DNA of 64,000 nt from Pseudomonadota bacterium. GTDB taxonomy: Bacteria > Pseudomonadota > Gammaproteobacteria > Burkholderiales > DATLHW01. Position numbers and translations under genes: made by a program. The notes below the pieces were generated by a model. The model was not told the DNA's origin and searched no databases. It saw only the letters and a program-made list of their open reading frames with translations. Shown in pieces: positions 24,618-34,074 of this stretch; position 1 is the stretch's first letter; every line of letters starts with the position of its first letter. The stretch covers positions 38,752 to 102,751 of the forward strand of contig JAZKCF010000003.1 of the NCBI GenBank assembly GCA_040388195.1. The letters run 5' to 3'.

Positions 24618-26120
24618 ATGACTAGTAATAATTTCCCTAGAGATAAAAATAAGGATATTGATGGAGGAAATCACTCGCAACTACGTGCCGCAAAAAATAC
24701 TGTGCTATTGGTGATGCTACGAATTACCGGCCCGCTTTTTGGCGTAATTCTTGTGCTGGCGTTGTCGCGTTTTTTGGGAAGCGAAGGTCTTGGGCGTTAT
24801 ACATTGGCTTATACGTTCTTATTCGTCTGCGGTTCGATAGCGCCGTTGGGATTGAATGGGGTTATTACCCGGGAAGGCGCTCGTGATTATCATGCTCTGG
24901 AAAAAATACTGGCGAATGCGCTCTCGATTGTTACCATTATTTCTATTGCCTTAACCGCGGGCACGCTATTGCTTACCGGGCTGTTGAAGTATGACGCAGA
25001 CACGCATACCGCAATCATTATTCTCAGTTTGGCGATTATTCCTGCCAGCTTAGGCACGTTGCTTGACGGTGCTAGCATGGCGTTGCAACGAGCAGGACAA
25101 ATCGCTATAGCGACTGCTGTCGAGTATGTGCTGAAAGTTGGAGGGGGAATTATTTTACTCGTATTGGGCTATGGATTGAACGCGGTGTTGCTATTGATTG
25201 TTATAAGCCGCACGGCTGCTTGTGTCGTACAGGTAGTCTTGCTAAGAAGAGCGAAGGTCATGGTTGGATGGGGATGGGACAGAAGTACACTGCGATTCCT
25301 AATTCATTTGGCGCCGGCTTTCCTTGGTATTTCGATATTCGCGACATTATATTGGCGCATCGATGTTTTAATGCTTTCTCAAATGCAGCCGGTCAAAGAT
25401 GTGGGTTACTACGGCGCAGCCTATCGTATTCTAGAATTGGCGATGGTCTTACCGCAGAGCTTGTGCGCATCGCTTTATCCGCAAATCGCAACCGCAGTGC
25501 AAGGAGATTTAAGAACATTGCGGATCATTGGCAACACTGCATTACGCTACTTGATTGCTTTAAGCTTGCCTACTGCGGTATGTGCTTCGTTGTTAGCGAA
25601 GCCGGGGCTATTGATACTCTACGGCCCGGGATTTGATGCCGCCGCTACAACGTTGAGCGTGCTGATTTTTACATTAATCCCTTATGGCGTTGTTCGGTAC
25701 CATTCCTATTTGCTTGTCGGCGCCAATAGGCAGCGAGTGGATTTCATATTGAACGTCGTCATGTCGGTGGTAAACGTGCTATTGAATTTGGTTCTGATTC
25801 CTCATTATTCGCATCTCGGCACGGCATTGGCGACATTGATTGCCATCTGTGTTTATGCAATATTGCAATATTGGTATCTGCACCGATTTTTGCCTGGGCA
25901 TGGGGCAACCATTTCACTACAGCCATCCGTGGTGATTGTGACTGCGTTAACCGGCGCATGCGTGTGGTTTTTGCGAGATAAGGAACTGATGTTAACTATT
26001 GCTGTGGGCGCGGGGGTGTATTTGATTGGGTTGTTAGTCGCCGGATTTTTTACGCGAGCCGAACTTAGTTTGTTTAAGCTCGACAAGATATTGGCGAAAT
26101 GGGGGATATTACGGACTTGA
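24618..26120 (+). CDS. Wzx-type oligosaccharide/polysaccharide flippase (MOP superfamily)
   Basis: About 12-14 TM helices, with an N-terminal basic segment followed by LRITGPLFGVILVLALSRFLGSEGLGRY, typical of polysaccharide biosynthesis (Wzx) proteins. The ORF opens at 24561 (GTG); the ATG at 24618 is preferred. Confidence 0.8.
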   Translation: MTSNNFPRDKNKDIDGGNHSQLRAAKNTVLLVMLRITGPLFGVILVLALSRFLGSEGLGRYTLAYTFLFVCGSIAPLGLNGVITREGARDYHALEKILANALSIVTIISIALTAGTLLLTGLLKYDADTHTAIIILSLAIIPASLGTLLDGASMALQRAGQIAIATAVEYVLKVGGGIILLVLGYGLNAVLLLIVISRTAACVVQVVLLRRAKVMVGWGWDRSTLRFLIHLAPAFLGISIFATLYWRIDVLMLSQMQPVKDVGYYGAAYRILELAMVLPQSLCASLYPQIATAVQGDLRTLRIIGNTALRYLIALSLPTAVCASLLAKPGLLILYGPGFDAAATTLSVLIFTLIPYGVVRYHSYLLVGANRQRVDFILNVVMSVVNVLLNLVLIPHYSHLGTALATLIAICVYAILQYWYLHRFLPGHGATISLQPSVVIVTALTGACVWFLRDKELMLTIAVGAGVYLIGLLVAGFFTRAELSLFKLDKILAKWGILRT

Positions 26121-26127
26121 GCATAAA

Positions 26128-26220
26128 TAGGACTTACACAAAACGTTGCTTCTCCTTGCCGTACAATTTCGTATGGTCTGCGTCATCGCGTCTTGCTGGG
26201 ATGTTTTTGCATAAGTCCTA
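26128..26220. repeat. Family A palindromic repeat, copy 3 (internal segment in inverted orientation)
   Basis: TAGGACTTACACAAAACG...TTTTTGCATAAGTCCTA. The internal sequence is the reverse complement of copy 2. Confidence 0.8.
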
Positions 26221-26232
26221 CATAATTAACCT

Positions 26233-27837
26233 CTATGGACACTCCTCTTCCGACATCGGCCCTGACTGTGCCAATTGATTACCATGCCCTAGTTTTTTAA
26301 TATTGCAAGCTTTAAAACTTTTACGTCCCCAGTTAACCAATTTTGTACATTGCACGCACTGAAAAATATTGTTTTCTGGCGTTTGAAATCCGCTAATGCG
26401 GCGATCGTTAGGCAGATCGATCAGCGCTCGCGGGCTTGTTTCGTCAGCACTGAATATGTTGTTTGTCGATGTGATCTTTGCGTTGATGGTGGGGTTGCTC
26501 ATGCCGGTAACTATGCCGCTATCGCGCGGGTCTTGGCATGTATTGTGGGAAAATAGAATGGTGCTGCTTTCAGGGAGCGTTTTCCCTGCATCAATCGAAA
26601 AGCAATGATCGGATTGGTAGACATGATTGTTGCGCACAATGGCATTGTATGGTTCGGCGCCGACTGTTTGAAGAAGAATGGCGATACTGGTGTGCCAGGC
26701 GGGAATATCTCCTTTATTCATTCGATAAAGATAGTTATTTTCCACCACCGTATTAATAGCGCCTTCTTCAAGATCGATCCCAGACGATCGGCCCGTCAAG
26801 CCGCCGCCAATATCGTGAACGATATTGCGTCTGATTCTACCGTTTTGATTGCCGGCAACGCGGATTGCGCAACCTTTATCGTTAAATCCAGGGAGGCAAT
26901 TCTTTTTGCAGCGTTCAAAAAACGGCTGCGTCTGAATTTCGTATACTTCGTTGCCTTCAACCAGTCCGCGTGGCGAGGAATCCTGCGACCAGCGAATGCC
27001 TTCTTGTCCGCAATGATGAATGCGATTATTGATGAAGCGATACCCGGCGGGAACGACGCCGCCTTCGGTTTGATCAATACAACGATCCATAACCCAGCCG
27101 ATATCAAGGCCTTCATAGTCAATACCGCGGTCTATCGTGGTTGTGGTAATACCGCTATCGCGAAAGCGGCGAATAATGAAATTACCGCCTTTGGGGTTCT
27201 TGCGAAATGTGACGTAGCTGGCGCGAACGAGATTTAATTGGATTGCAACGTAAACATAAGGAATCTTGAAATACTTCGCGTCAGCCGGATTCGAGTCGTC
27301 GGACAGATGAGCACAAACCCGGCCGTCACTGTAGCGCATTTGGCCGGCGGGGAGCGAAGTATCGCAAGTTTGATTTGATTGAATGAGATCCAAGCGTTCT
27401 TCGCCGTTGCCACGGTCATACCAAGCGGTGAAAGGAAATTTTTTCTCGGTCCCGCATGTTCCACCTTCGCATAAATAGATACCGTTCCCGATTGCGCGCC
27501 AAGCGCTGTTTTTAATATTTAGCGTCCCCTCCATGACAAAATCTTCGAGGGGGTAGTTTTGAATGGTGATGTGTTTTTCGGGTGTGCCAATGCATTTTGG
27601 CTGCCAAGACCACCCCTCGTTGTATACGCCTTTACCAGCGCGAATTTCGATAGTATCACCAGGGTTTACATCCTTACATTCTGCGGCTTTTTTTAACGAA
27701 TTCCAGGGGCCGTTCTCTCCGCAATGTTTGGTTAGGCCGTTGCCATTAACGGGGCACGAATTGTCTACATAGAAGGTTGTCGCATTAGTGCCAGTAATGC
27801 TAAGTAGCAGACTGACAAGAAAGGCCAAGCGTTGCAT
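26233..27837 (-). CDS. Secreted right-handed parallel beta-helix protein (pectate-lyase/CASH fold; polysaccharide-modifying or -degrading enzyme)
   Basis: Signal peptide MQRLAFLVSLLLSITGTNA. Then TTFYVDNSCP...GDTIEIRAGKGVY, and repeated N-x-I/V-x-x-N beta-helix rungs (NNRIHHCGQEG, GNEVYE, RRNIVHDIGGG, ENNYLYR, RNNHVY). Confidence 0.7.
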   Translation of the reverse strand: MQRLAFLVSLLLSITGTNATTFYVDNSCPVNGNGLTKHCGENGPWNSLKKAAECKDVNPGDTIEIRAGKGVYNEGWSWQPKCIGTPEKHITIQNYPLEDFVMEGTLNIKNSAWRAIGNGIYLCEGGTCGTEKKFPFTAWYDRGNGEERLDLIQSNQTCDTSLPAGQMRYSDGRVCAHLSDDSNPADAKYFKIPYVYVAIQLNLVRASYVTFRKNPKGGNFIIRRFRDSGITTTTIDRGIDYEGLDIGWVMDRCIDQTEGGVVPAGYRFINNRIHHCGQEGIRWSQDSSPRGLVEGNEVYEIQTQPFFERCKKNCLPGFNDKGCAIRVAGNQNGRIRRNIVHDIGGGLTGRSSGIDLEEGAINTVVENNYLYRMNKGDIPAWHTSIAILLQTVGAEPYNAIVRNNHVYQSDHCFSIDAGKTLPESSTILFSHNTCQDPRDSGIVTGMSNPTINAKITSTNNIFSADETSPRALIDLPNDRRISGFQTPENNIFQCVQCTKLVNWGRKSFKACNIKKLGHGNQLAQSGPMSEEECP

Positions 27838-27992
27838 AACTATTACCTTTAAAAAAAGATTGACGGTCTTTTAAACAATAGGTAACAAGTGGCTAACTTG
27901 CAGCGTGCAAAAAAAGGTTTTTGACATAGACTTTATTCATGGGCTGTTTTTTTAATACGGGAGAAGCCTGTCACTCGGAAGTTCCGTAAATC

Positions 27993-29117
27993 ATGTGGAG
28001 CGTCGTGATGAATTATTTGTTTGATTATGCCTTGCTGCCGAAGCAGAAGGTATTGCTAAAAGATATCAACGCATCCGCTGGGCGGTTAGCCAAGAAGCTT
28101 GAGTCGTTGAATGGTGATAAATCCGGGCTTTCCGAATATTGCCAAAGAGTGTTATCGGATAAAAAAGAGGTTTTAACGGCTTATCTGCAAATATATACCT
28201 ACGTTCTGTCATGGGCTCTTCATGGCTCGAATTTACCTTATTCAAAGCTTACGATTCTTGAATACGGCGGAGGCATGGGATTTATATCGATGCTAGCAAA
28301 GGAATTGGGCGTTGGAAATGTTGTGTATAACGATATATTTGAAGAATCCCGTCAAGGTGCTCAACGGTTAGGCGCCCTTGTCGGTTGCGTGGCCGATCAT
28401 TACGTATGCGGTGATACTGATGATGTCATCGAATATTCTCGAAAGCATGATATTCAGTATGATGGAATCGCATCCTTTGATGTCATAGAGCACATCTACG
28501 ACATCGAATCGTTTCTTGAAAAGTTAGCGTCCTTTCCCGGCAGCCGACTAAAAGTAGTGATGACTTCCGCCGCCAACATGTATTACAAACGCTATACGAA
28601 AGACGTTATGCAATTCCAGCGTCAATGTGAACTGCTCGGCCAGCAGCCGAGTTATGGACACTATGATCGTGACACGCTTCGTCCATATTTGGATATTAGA
28701 AAAGAATTGATCACGGAGTTTTCAAAAGATCTTTCCGCTGACGAGATCGACAAATTGGCGGTAGCAACGAGAGGCTTGAGGCAGGATGACATCCTCAATG
28801 CGGTCAACGCGTATCTTAAAACCGGTCAACTGCCAAAAGTACCGCGACACCCGACGAATACCTGCGATCCTTACACCGGCAATTGGCAAGAACATTTAAT
28901 GGACCCGTCCGAATTGGTTACCGTGATGCGGCGTGCCGGATTTGAGGCGGATTGGTTTAGCGGATATTACAGTGGCCGTTACGGCAATATCGTTAAACAG
29001 TTTCTTGCAAGAGGTGCCAATGCGGTTATCGGCGTCATGAATCAGCGGGCCATTCGGTTCGCCAAGTTCTACACGCTTTATGGCGTTAGGCAAGGTGAGA
29101 TGAGCGTCGCCGCTTGA
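27993..29117 (+). CDS. Class I SAM-dependent methyltransferase
   Basis: ILEYGGGMGFISMLAKELG (motif I), VYNDI (motif II acidic) and FDVIEHI (motif III-like), followed by a ~190-aa C-terminal extension. Confidence 0.7.
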   Translation: MWSVVMNYLFDYALLPKQKVLLKDINASAGRLAKKLESLNGDKSGLSEYCQRVLSDKKEVLTAYLQIYTYVLSWALHGSNLPYSKLTILEYGGGMGFISMLAKELGVGNVVYNDIFEESRQGAQRLGALVGCVADHYVCGDTDDVIEYSRKHDIQYDGIASFDVIEHIYDIESFLEKLASFPGSRLKVVMTSAANMYYKRYTKDVMQFQRQCELLGQQPSYGHYDRDTLRPYLDIRKELITEFSKDLSADEIDKLAVATRGLRQDDILNAVNAYLKTGQLPKVPRHPTNTCDPYTGNWQEHLMDPSELVTVMRRAGFEADWFSGYYSGRYGNIVKQFLARGANAVIGVMNQRAIRFAKFYTLYGVRQGEMSVAA

Positions 29118-29220
29118 AGCGTTCTTAGATTATTCTAAACTGCTTAGCCAAACCTACAATTGCTTCATATGAAGAAAAGAAGGCGCACTTGAGGCACATT
29201 CAATTTTTAACTTATCGTCG

Positions 29221-29255
29221 CCCTCCCAGCTTCCCATTGAATGGGAAGGGGAGGG
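29221..29255. terminator. GC-rich hairpin between convergent genes (candidate bidirectional terminator)
   Basis: CCCTCCCagcTTCCCATtgaATGGGAAggGGAGGG. There is no clear U-tract on either side. Confidence 0.35.
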
Positions 29256-29269
29256 CACGCGCCGCAACT

Positions 29270-30778
29270 TTACTGAATGATACGCAAATTAGTCGGTGGC
29301 GCTAACGTAGTATTGCCATACTCATAAGCGCCAATATCAGGAGCGGCTCCAGACCACGGCAAATGTACGCCAGCGTTGGAAGCGTACGTCAGTGGGGCGT
29401 CAACCGTAATTGACGACGTGGTCATGCTCACAATTGTGCGTTGGCCAACACCTTGGATTTGAATGCTATCGCCGATCCAGAAATAAATCTCCGGATCTTG
29501 ATTGACGTTTATAACGCTTGTATTCGATCCTGACTGCGACGTCCGCATGAAGAAAGTACCTTTGTCGATAAGCGCGGAATTGTTGGCGGTTAGGTGATAG
29601 TCATGATTCGTCGCATCAACAAAATTTACCGAACCCGTTGACGAATGGGCGCCAAGAGATAGCCCACTAAGCGCGCCTTGTATTCTGTTGTAATCCGCAT
29701 TCACCGTCGCGCCACTGCTGTTGCTGATTGCCGTGTTGGCATTAAAGATATTGTTGTAGTAGTACATCGGCCCCGATGACGAGTCAGTGACGAGGATCCC
29801 TGTTCCTACGTTAGTAAATATCGAATTCCAAACATGGACGTTCTTGGACCGGTCGTAATTGACCATGCTTCCCCAACTGTAGTTTCCCCAGCTGATCACG
29901 TTCTCATAAGTGGCCGGACCTGCAAGGCTCGTTGAGAGAGGGAAATTGGTATTTGTATTGTCGTGAGAAATCACGCGACGGAAAATAATGTGTTTGGTTC
30001 CAACTGTATCGGGTGGCGCCGACCCTACATCGAATCCATCGTATTGTCCGTATGCTTCCGAATCTTCTATCAGCGCGTAGTTTACGTCCTGAAATATCAG
30101 TCCGTCGCAGTTACAGCCGCCGCCGCCGTTATCGTGAAATTTCGAGCGTGAAATGCGGACGTGATTGGCGGGGGAAAAGACTTGAAAACCGCTATTGCTA
30201 TTGCTATATACCTCCGAATCCGTCATTGTGAAATAAGCGCCTTGAACCATTCCTCCGGTGCCGTTTTGGTAAATCTTGACGTTTTCGAAAACCACGTTTT
30301 GGCCGGTATTGCCGTCCGCGCCGTAAATGGCGACACCGTAGTCGCCGTAGTTACGTGTAGTTCCGGTGAAGTTCAATCCTTTTACTTTGATGTAGTTTAC
30401 GTCTCGGACGTAGGCATAGCTATTACGGTCCGGTATATAAAATGCGCCGGTCCATTCTACGATGCTGCTTGGTTTTACCGTGACAGTACCATCGCCAAAA
30501 GCGGCATAGGTAATGTATCCGCTGGTGGCGTTCCCACTCCATTGCGGCCACAGTTTTTCGGAGTAGGTGCCGGCGTGAATCAATACCGTGTCACCGGCTC
30601 GTAGTGTTTGAGTTGCCTTCGCAAGCGTCCGCCATGGAGCGCCATCCGAGGTGCCGGCGTTTGAATCGCTGCCATTCGAACCGTTGACGTAATAAGTCGC
30701 TGCCACTGCGTCAACGGCTTGTACGCTTAAGCCAAGCAACGTGATGGCAAAGGCTAAAGGCGTAAGGCGATTACGCAT
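29270..30778 (-). CDS. Secreted right-handed beta-helix protein (DUF1565/pectate-lyase-like)
   Basis: The signal peptide MRNRLTPLAFAITLLGLSVQAVDAVAA begins at Met61 of the ORF, which extends to 30958. Then ATYYVNGSNGSDSNAGTSDGAPWRTLAKA...GDTVLIHAGTY and beta-helix rungs. Confidence 0.7.
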   Translation of the reverse strand: MRNRLTPLAFAITLLGLSVQAVDAVAATYYVNGSNGSDSNAGTSDGAPWRTLAKATQTLRAGDTVLIHAGTYSEKLWPQWSGNATSGYITYAAFGDGTVTVKPSSIVEWTGAFYIPDRNSYAYVRDVNYIKVKGLNFTGTTRNYGDYGVAIYGADGNTGQNVVFENVKIYQNGTGGMVQGAYFTMTDSEVYSNSNSGFQVFSPANHVRISRSKFHDNGGGGCNCDGLIFQDVNYALIEDSEAYGQYDGFDVGSAPPDTVGTKHIIFRRVISHDNTNTNFPLSTSLAGPATYENVISWGNYSWGSMVNYDRSKNVHVWNSIFTNVGTGILVTDSSSGPMYYYNNIFNANTAISNSSGATVNADYNRIQGALSGLSLGAHSSTGSVNFVDATNHDYHLTANNSALIDKGTFFMRTSQSGSNTSVINVNQDPEIYFWIGDSIQIQGVGQRTIVSMTTSSITVDAPLTYASNAGVHLPWSGAAPDIGAYEYGNTTLAPPTNLRIIQ

Positions 30779-30954
30779 TTTTCCCCTGACTCGAGAACGG
30801 TTGAATGCCGGTTGTAAAGAATGTGTTTCAGTGATGGGCGTGGTTGATGTTTGCATATCGTTTCTCTTTCCCTGAATGAGGTTGGCAATGCCGTTTCTGT
30901 TCGACGACGGCGGCTGATGTTCGAATATTGATAAACCGAAGCAATGTCGTTTTG

Positions 30955-33138
30955 TCATTGCGCGCCTCCTATCACCGTGCCCATGTCGGACTGAATTTCA
31001 GAAACGCTAAGCGCGCGGTTATAGATACGCACTTCATCGATCAATCCTTGGAAATACTCGCCCCAGATTGCATTGCCACCAATACGCAATGGACTGGTTG
31101 ACGATTGAATCGCACCGGTTTGCGAACGGCTCGCCACTTGCACGCCATTGACATAAAGGCGTTGGGTATTACCGTCGTAAGTGGCGGTGAGGTGAGTCCA
31201 GGCATTGACCGGTATTTGCGTGCTGCCGTAGAGCGTGTCCTCAGCGCTCGTGAATACGCCATTGGCCGGCTGATTTTTGTCGGAGTTGGCATAGAGGTAG
31301 TAGCTAACACCGCTGCCACGCTCTTTCATGACGATATCTCGCCAGCCGCTCATCGTGGCCGTGGGATAAACCCACGCTTCGATGGTCATGCCGGCGGAAA
31401 GATCGAGCGAAGCTGAGTCGTTGATATTTACTCGGCTATTGGTGCCGTTGAAAGACAAGGCTTTGCCAAAACGGCCGTTGACCCAGGTGGCGCCGGAAAC
31501 CGTGCCGGTGTTGCTGTGGCCTGAACGATCCGATGCGGTTGTTCCCGCACCTTCATCAAAGGAGTAGGCGGCAACTAAGCCGGGTTTAGTTGAAGGTGTG
31601 GGAGTTGGTGGTGGTGTAGAAGCCAAACCTATCGCCGTGCTCATGTCGGACTGAATTTCCGAGACGCTGAGCGCGCGGTTATAGATTCGCACCTCATCGA
31701 TCAATCCTTGGAAATACTCGCCCCAGATTGCATTACCACCAATACGCAATGGACTAGTTGACGATTGAATCGCACCGGTTTGCGAACGGCTCGCCACTTG
31801 CACGCCATTGACATAAAGCCGCTGTGTGCCGCCGTCGTAAGTGGCGGTTAGATGAGTCCAGGCATTGACCGGTATTTGCGTACCGGCATAGAGCGTGTTT
31901 TCGGCGCTTGTGAATATGCCATTGGCCGGTTGGTTTTTGTCAGAGTTGGCATAGAGGTAGTAGCTAGCACCGCCGGAACGCTCCTTGGTGACGATATCTC
32001 GCCAACCGCTCATCGTCGCCGTAGGATAAACCCATGCTTCGATAGTCATGCCAGCGGAGAGGTCGAGCGACGATGAATCGCTAACATTCACTCTGCTATT
32101 GGTACCGTTGAAAGACAAGGCCTTGCCGAAACGGCCATTGACCCACGTGGCGCCGGAAATGGAACCGGTATTACTTTTGCCTGAACGATCCGATGCTGTT
32201 GTGCCTGTACCTTCATCGAAGGAGTACGCAGCAACCAGTCCTTGCCGTAGAGTCGTTGTCGAGCCTGTTGTGACCGTGATAGTTTTGGTTTGGGTGGTGC
32301 TGCCAGCGGCATTCGATGTTTTCAAAGTGACCGCGTAAGAACCGGCATTTGCAAAGGTATGTGACGGATTCTGCGCAGTGCTGGTACCACCATCGCCAAA
32401 TGTCCATGCATAAGCGGTGATTGATCCGATAGAGGTGCTGGTGAAATTAACGGTCAGCGGCGCAGGTCCTGTTGCAACATTGGCTACAAAACTTGCCACC
32501 GGTGCTGTTGATCCTGTGGGCGGCGTGGAAGAGGAAACAGTAATCAGATTCGTCTTCGTCTGCGTGTTGCTGCCGCTTGGTCCGGTTACCGTTAACGCGA
32601 CGGTGTATGCACCTGGGGTGGCATAGGAGTGTGTCGGATTCGCTGTAGTGCTATTACTGCCATCGCCGAAATTCCATCGATATCCGCTGATCGTACCGGT
32701 GGATGTGCTGGTAAATACAACCGACAACGGCGCAGCTCCAGTAGTTTTACTCGCCGTGAAATTTGCCGTCGGTGCGTTGGCGGCGGCAGGGACAAAAAAG
32801 CTTGTTTCGTTTGAGAAACCGCTTTGAGTACGGGCGGCGTCGTAGGCGGTGACAGCAAAATAATATGTCTTGCCTTCGACCAGCCCTGTTACCGTGGAAC
32901 GGGTATTTTTACCAGCATCGACCTTCGATGAGTAACTCCCAGTTGATGTGCCGTAATGGACTGTATAACCGGCGACCTGCGGACTGATAGTAGAGTCCCA
33001 TCCAAGTGTTACTTGCGCTGCGAACGCTTGATTGATGAAAAGAAGTAGCAGGAAAACAAGAATGGTTTTTGCTTTCCAAAACGCGTGTAAGGCGCTCCTA
33101 AAAACTGCATAGTCTGAACATGTGAATGTCGATGCCAT
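30955..33138 (-). CDS. Secreted multidomain protein: FN3-like, 2 x PKD, 2 x LamG (concanavalin-A-like lectin/glucanase) domains
   Basis: The ATG at 33138 is preceded by GGGAGG, and a signal/anchor ILVFLLLLFINQAFA follows. PKD signatures WNFGDGSNSTTANPTHSY and WTFGDGGTSTAQNPSHTF are present. Two nearly identical LamG units each end in IDEVRIYNRALSVSEIQSDM. Confidence 0.8.
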   Translation of the reverse strand: MASTFTCSDYAVFRSALHAFWKAKTILVFLLLLFINQAFAAQVTLGWDSTISPQVAGYTVHYGTSTGSYSSKVDAGKNTRSTVTGLVEGKTYYFAVTAYDAARTQSGFSNETSFFVPAAANAPTANFTASKTTGAAPLSVVFTSTSTGTISGYRWNFGDGSNSTTANPTHSYATPGAYTVALTVTGPSGSNTQTKTNLITVSSSTPPTGSTAPVASFVANVATGPAPLTVNFTSTSIGSITAYAWTFGDGGTSTAQNPSHTFANAGSYAVTLKTSNAAGSTTQTKTITVTTGSTTTLRQGLVAAYSFDEGTGTTASDRSGKSNTGSISGATWVNGRFGKALSFNGTNSRVNVSDSSSLDLSAGMTIEAWVYPTATMSGWRDIVTKERSGGASYYLYANSDKNQPANGIFTSAENTLYAGTQIPVNAWTHLTATYDGGTQRLYVNGVQVASRSQTGAIQSSTSPLRIGGNAIWGEYFQGLIDEVRIYNRALSVSEIQSDMSTAIGLASTPPPTPTPSTKPGLVAAYSFDEGAGTTASDRSGHSNTGTVSGATWVNGRFGKALSFNGTNSRVNINDSASLDLSAGMTIEAWVYPTATMSGWRDIVMKERGSGVSYYLYANSDKNQPANGVFTSAEDTLYGSTQIPVNAWTHLTATYDGNTQRLYVNGVQVASRSQTGAIQSSTSPLRIGGNAIWGEYFQGLIDEVRIYNRALSVSEIQSDMGTVIGGAQ
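30965..32240. repeat. Intragenic tandem duplication, 2 x ~620 bp with a 660-bp period (the two LamG units)
   Basis: Direct comparison of 30971-31580 with 31631-32240 shows about 90% identity. This includes identical runs of roughly 40-60 nt, for example GTTGACGATTGAATCGCACCGGTTTGCGAACGGCTCGCCACTTGCACGCCATTGACATAAAG. Confidence 0.9.
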
Positions 33139-34074
33139 GGTGCCTCCCATGAAAATGTTGGGTAATGCCAACAACCTACCGGTCCATGCATGAACCTAAC
33201 TGCGCTTCACTGAAGCTGATTCGCAGAGACCATCGGTGTCGACTTTATATGTCTCATTTGTCTGAAATGAGCTCTTGTTGTCGAAGGAAATGATCGGATA
33301 GATCTGTTTAACTCCTATCAAAATCGAGGCAAAAGAATCCCTTCTCGTTCTTAAAGAACGATTGCGGAGTAATAGTGCTCTGTAGGAGTTGGTGACCTAA
33401 ACAGGAAAAAACGGAACGCAATCTAGCCGCGTGCGGTTCTTAAACGCGCACTACAGTAGATGTTCGATGGCTGGGTAGACGGAAGCGGAGAGACGCGCTA
33501 ACTGGTTAGCAGGTGCAAGTAGGTGAACTTCATAAAAAATCATAGGCAAACGTCGATAAGACGCTTGATGAGTTCACATCCCCCCTATAACACTTCTCGA
33601 ATCTGGCAATCCCGCCATCATGTAGGCTTTGCGCCTACAGATCCGTGACTTTACGCCCCCAGCTCACGCTAGGTTTGCCCTTTTCAGATTACGTGTCTTC
33701 CTTACAGCATGGATCGTGCCAAATGCTGAAATTCACTCTCAGGAGTACATGAATTTTTGAAAAAAAACGTAGTCATTACGTGCGTAAAAAAAGACAAAAT
33801 TATATATAACCAAATATTTAGACATATGAGCATGTGATGTTTAAAAACGCATGCTGACAACTGTGTGTCACGCTGAATATTTAATGCATCATCTAAATAT
33901 CAAGTGCTGAAGTGACGTGTTGCGTCATCATCGGACGACGTGAGGCAGCAGTTTCCTAAATGCGTTCGTGATCATCTGACTCCGTGTAATAGTGGATATT
34001 TATAAAATGAGTTTTACTGACATTTGAATTGCGGTGATATTAATTGGCATGAAACGCGCTCTCGATTGACGTTC

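Noticed and set aside
26605-27237. A 210-aa plus-strand ORF. Similar long antisense ORFs include 19200-19697, 30161-30604, 43356-43880, 45919-46302, 7343-7762 and 3262-3723.
   Set aside because: These are shadow ORFs lying antisense or out of frame within genes that carry strong family motifs. Their sequences are low-complexity or Arg/Ser-rich with no recognisable motifs.
30779-30958. A 60-aa N-terminal extension of the beta-helix protein ORF, which would give an ATGA overlap with the upstream LamG gene
   Set aside because: A textbook Sec signal peptide (MRNRLTPLAFAITLLGLSVQAVDAVAA) starts at Met61, and a signal peptide must be N-terminal. The extension is therefore most likely untranslated, although the longer start cannot be excluded without proteomics.
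26233-33138. Possible PEP-CTERM sorting signals on the three secreted proteins, which would be expected if this were an exosortase-dependent EPS locus
   Set aside because: Their C-termini (…MSEEECP, …TNLRIIQ, …GTVIGGAQ) lack the Pro-Glu-Pro motif, TM helix and basic tail.
33590-33710. A possible structured RNA gene (tRNA, RNase P, SRP, tmRNA or group II intron fragment) in the large intergenic region
   Set aside because: None of the conserved motifs of these RNAs that I know is present: T-loop GTTCRANYC, RNase P GGAAAGTCC/ACAGAAA, the SRP GGAA tetraloop helix, or group II domain V. Only short generic hairpins occur. The region is kept as an unexplained leader in the findings.
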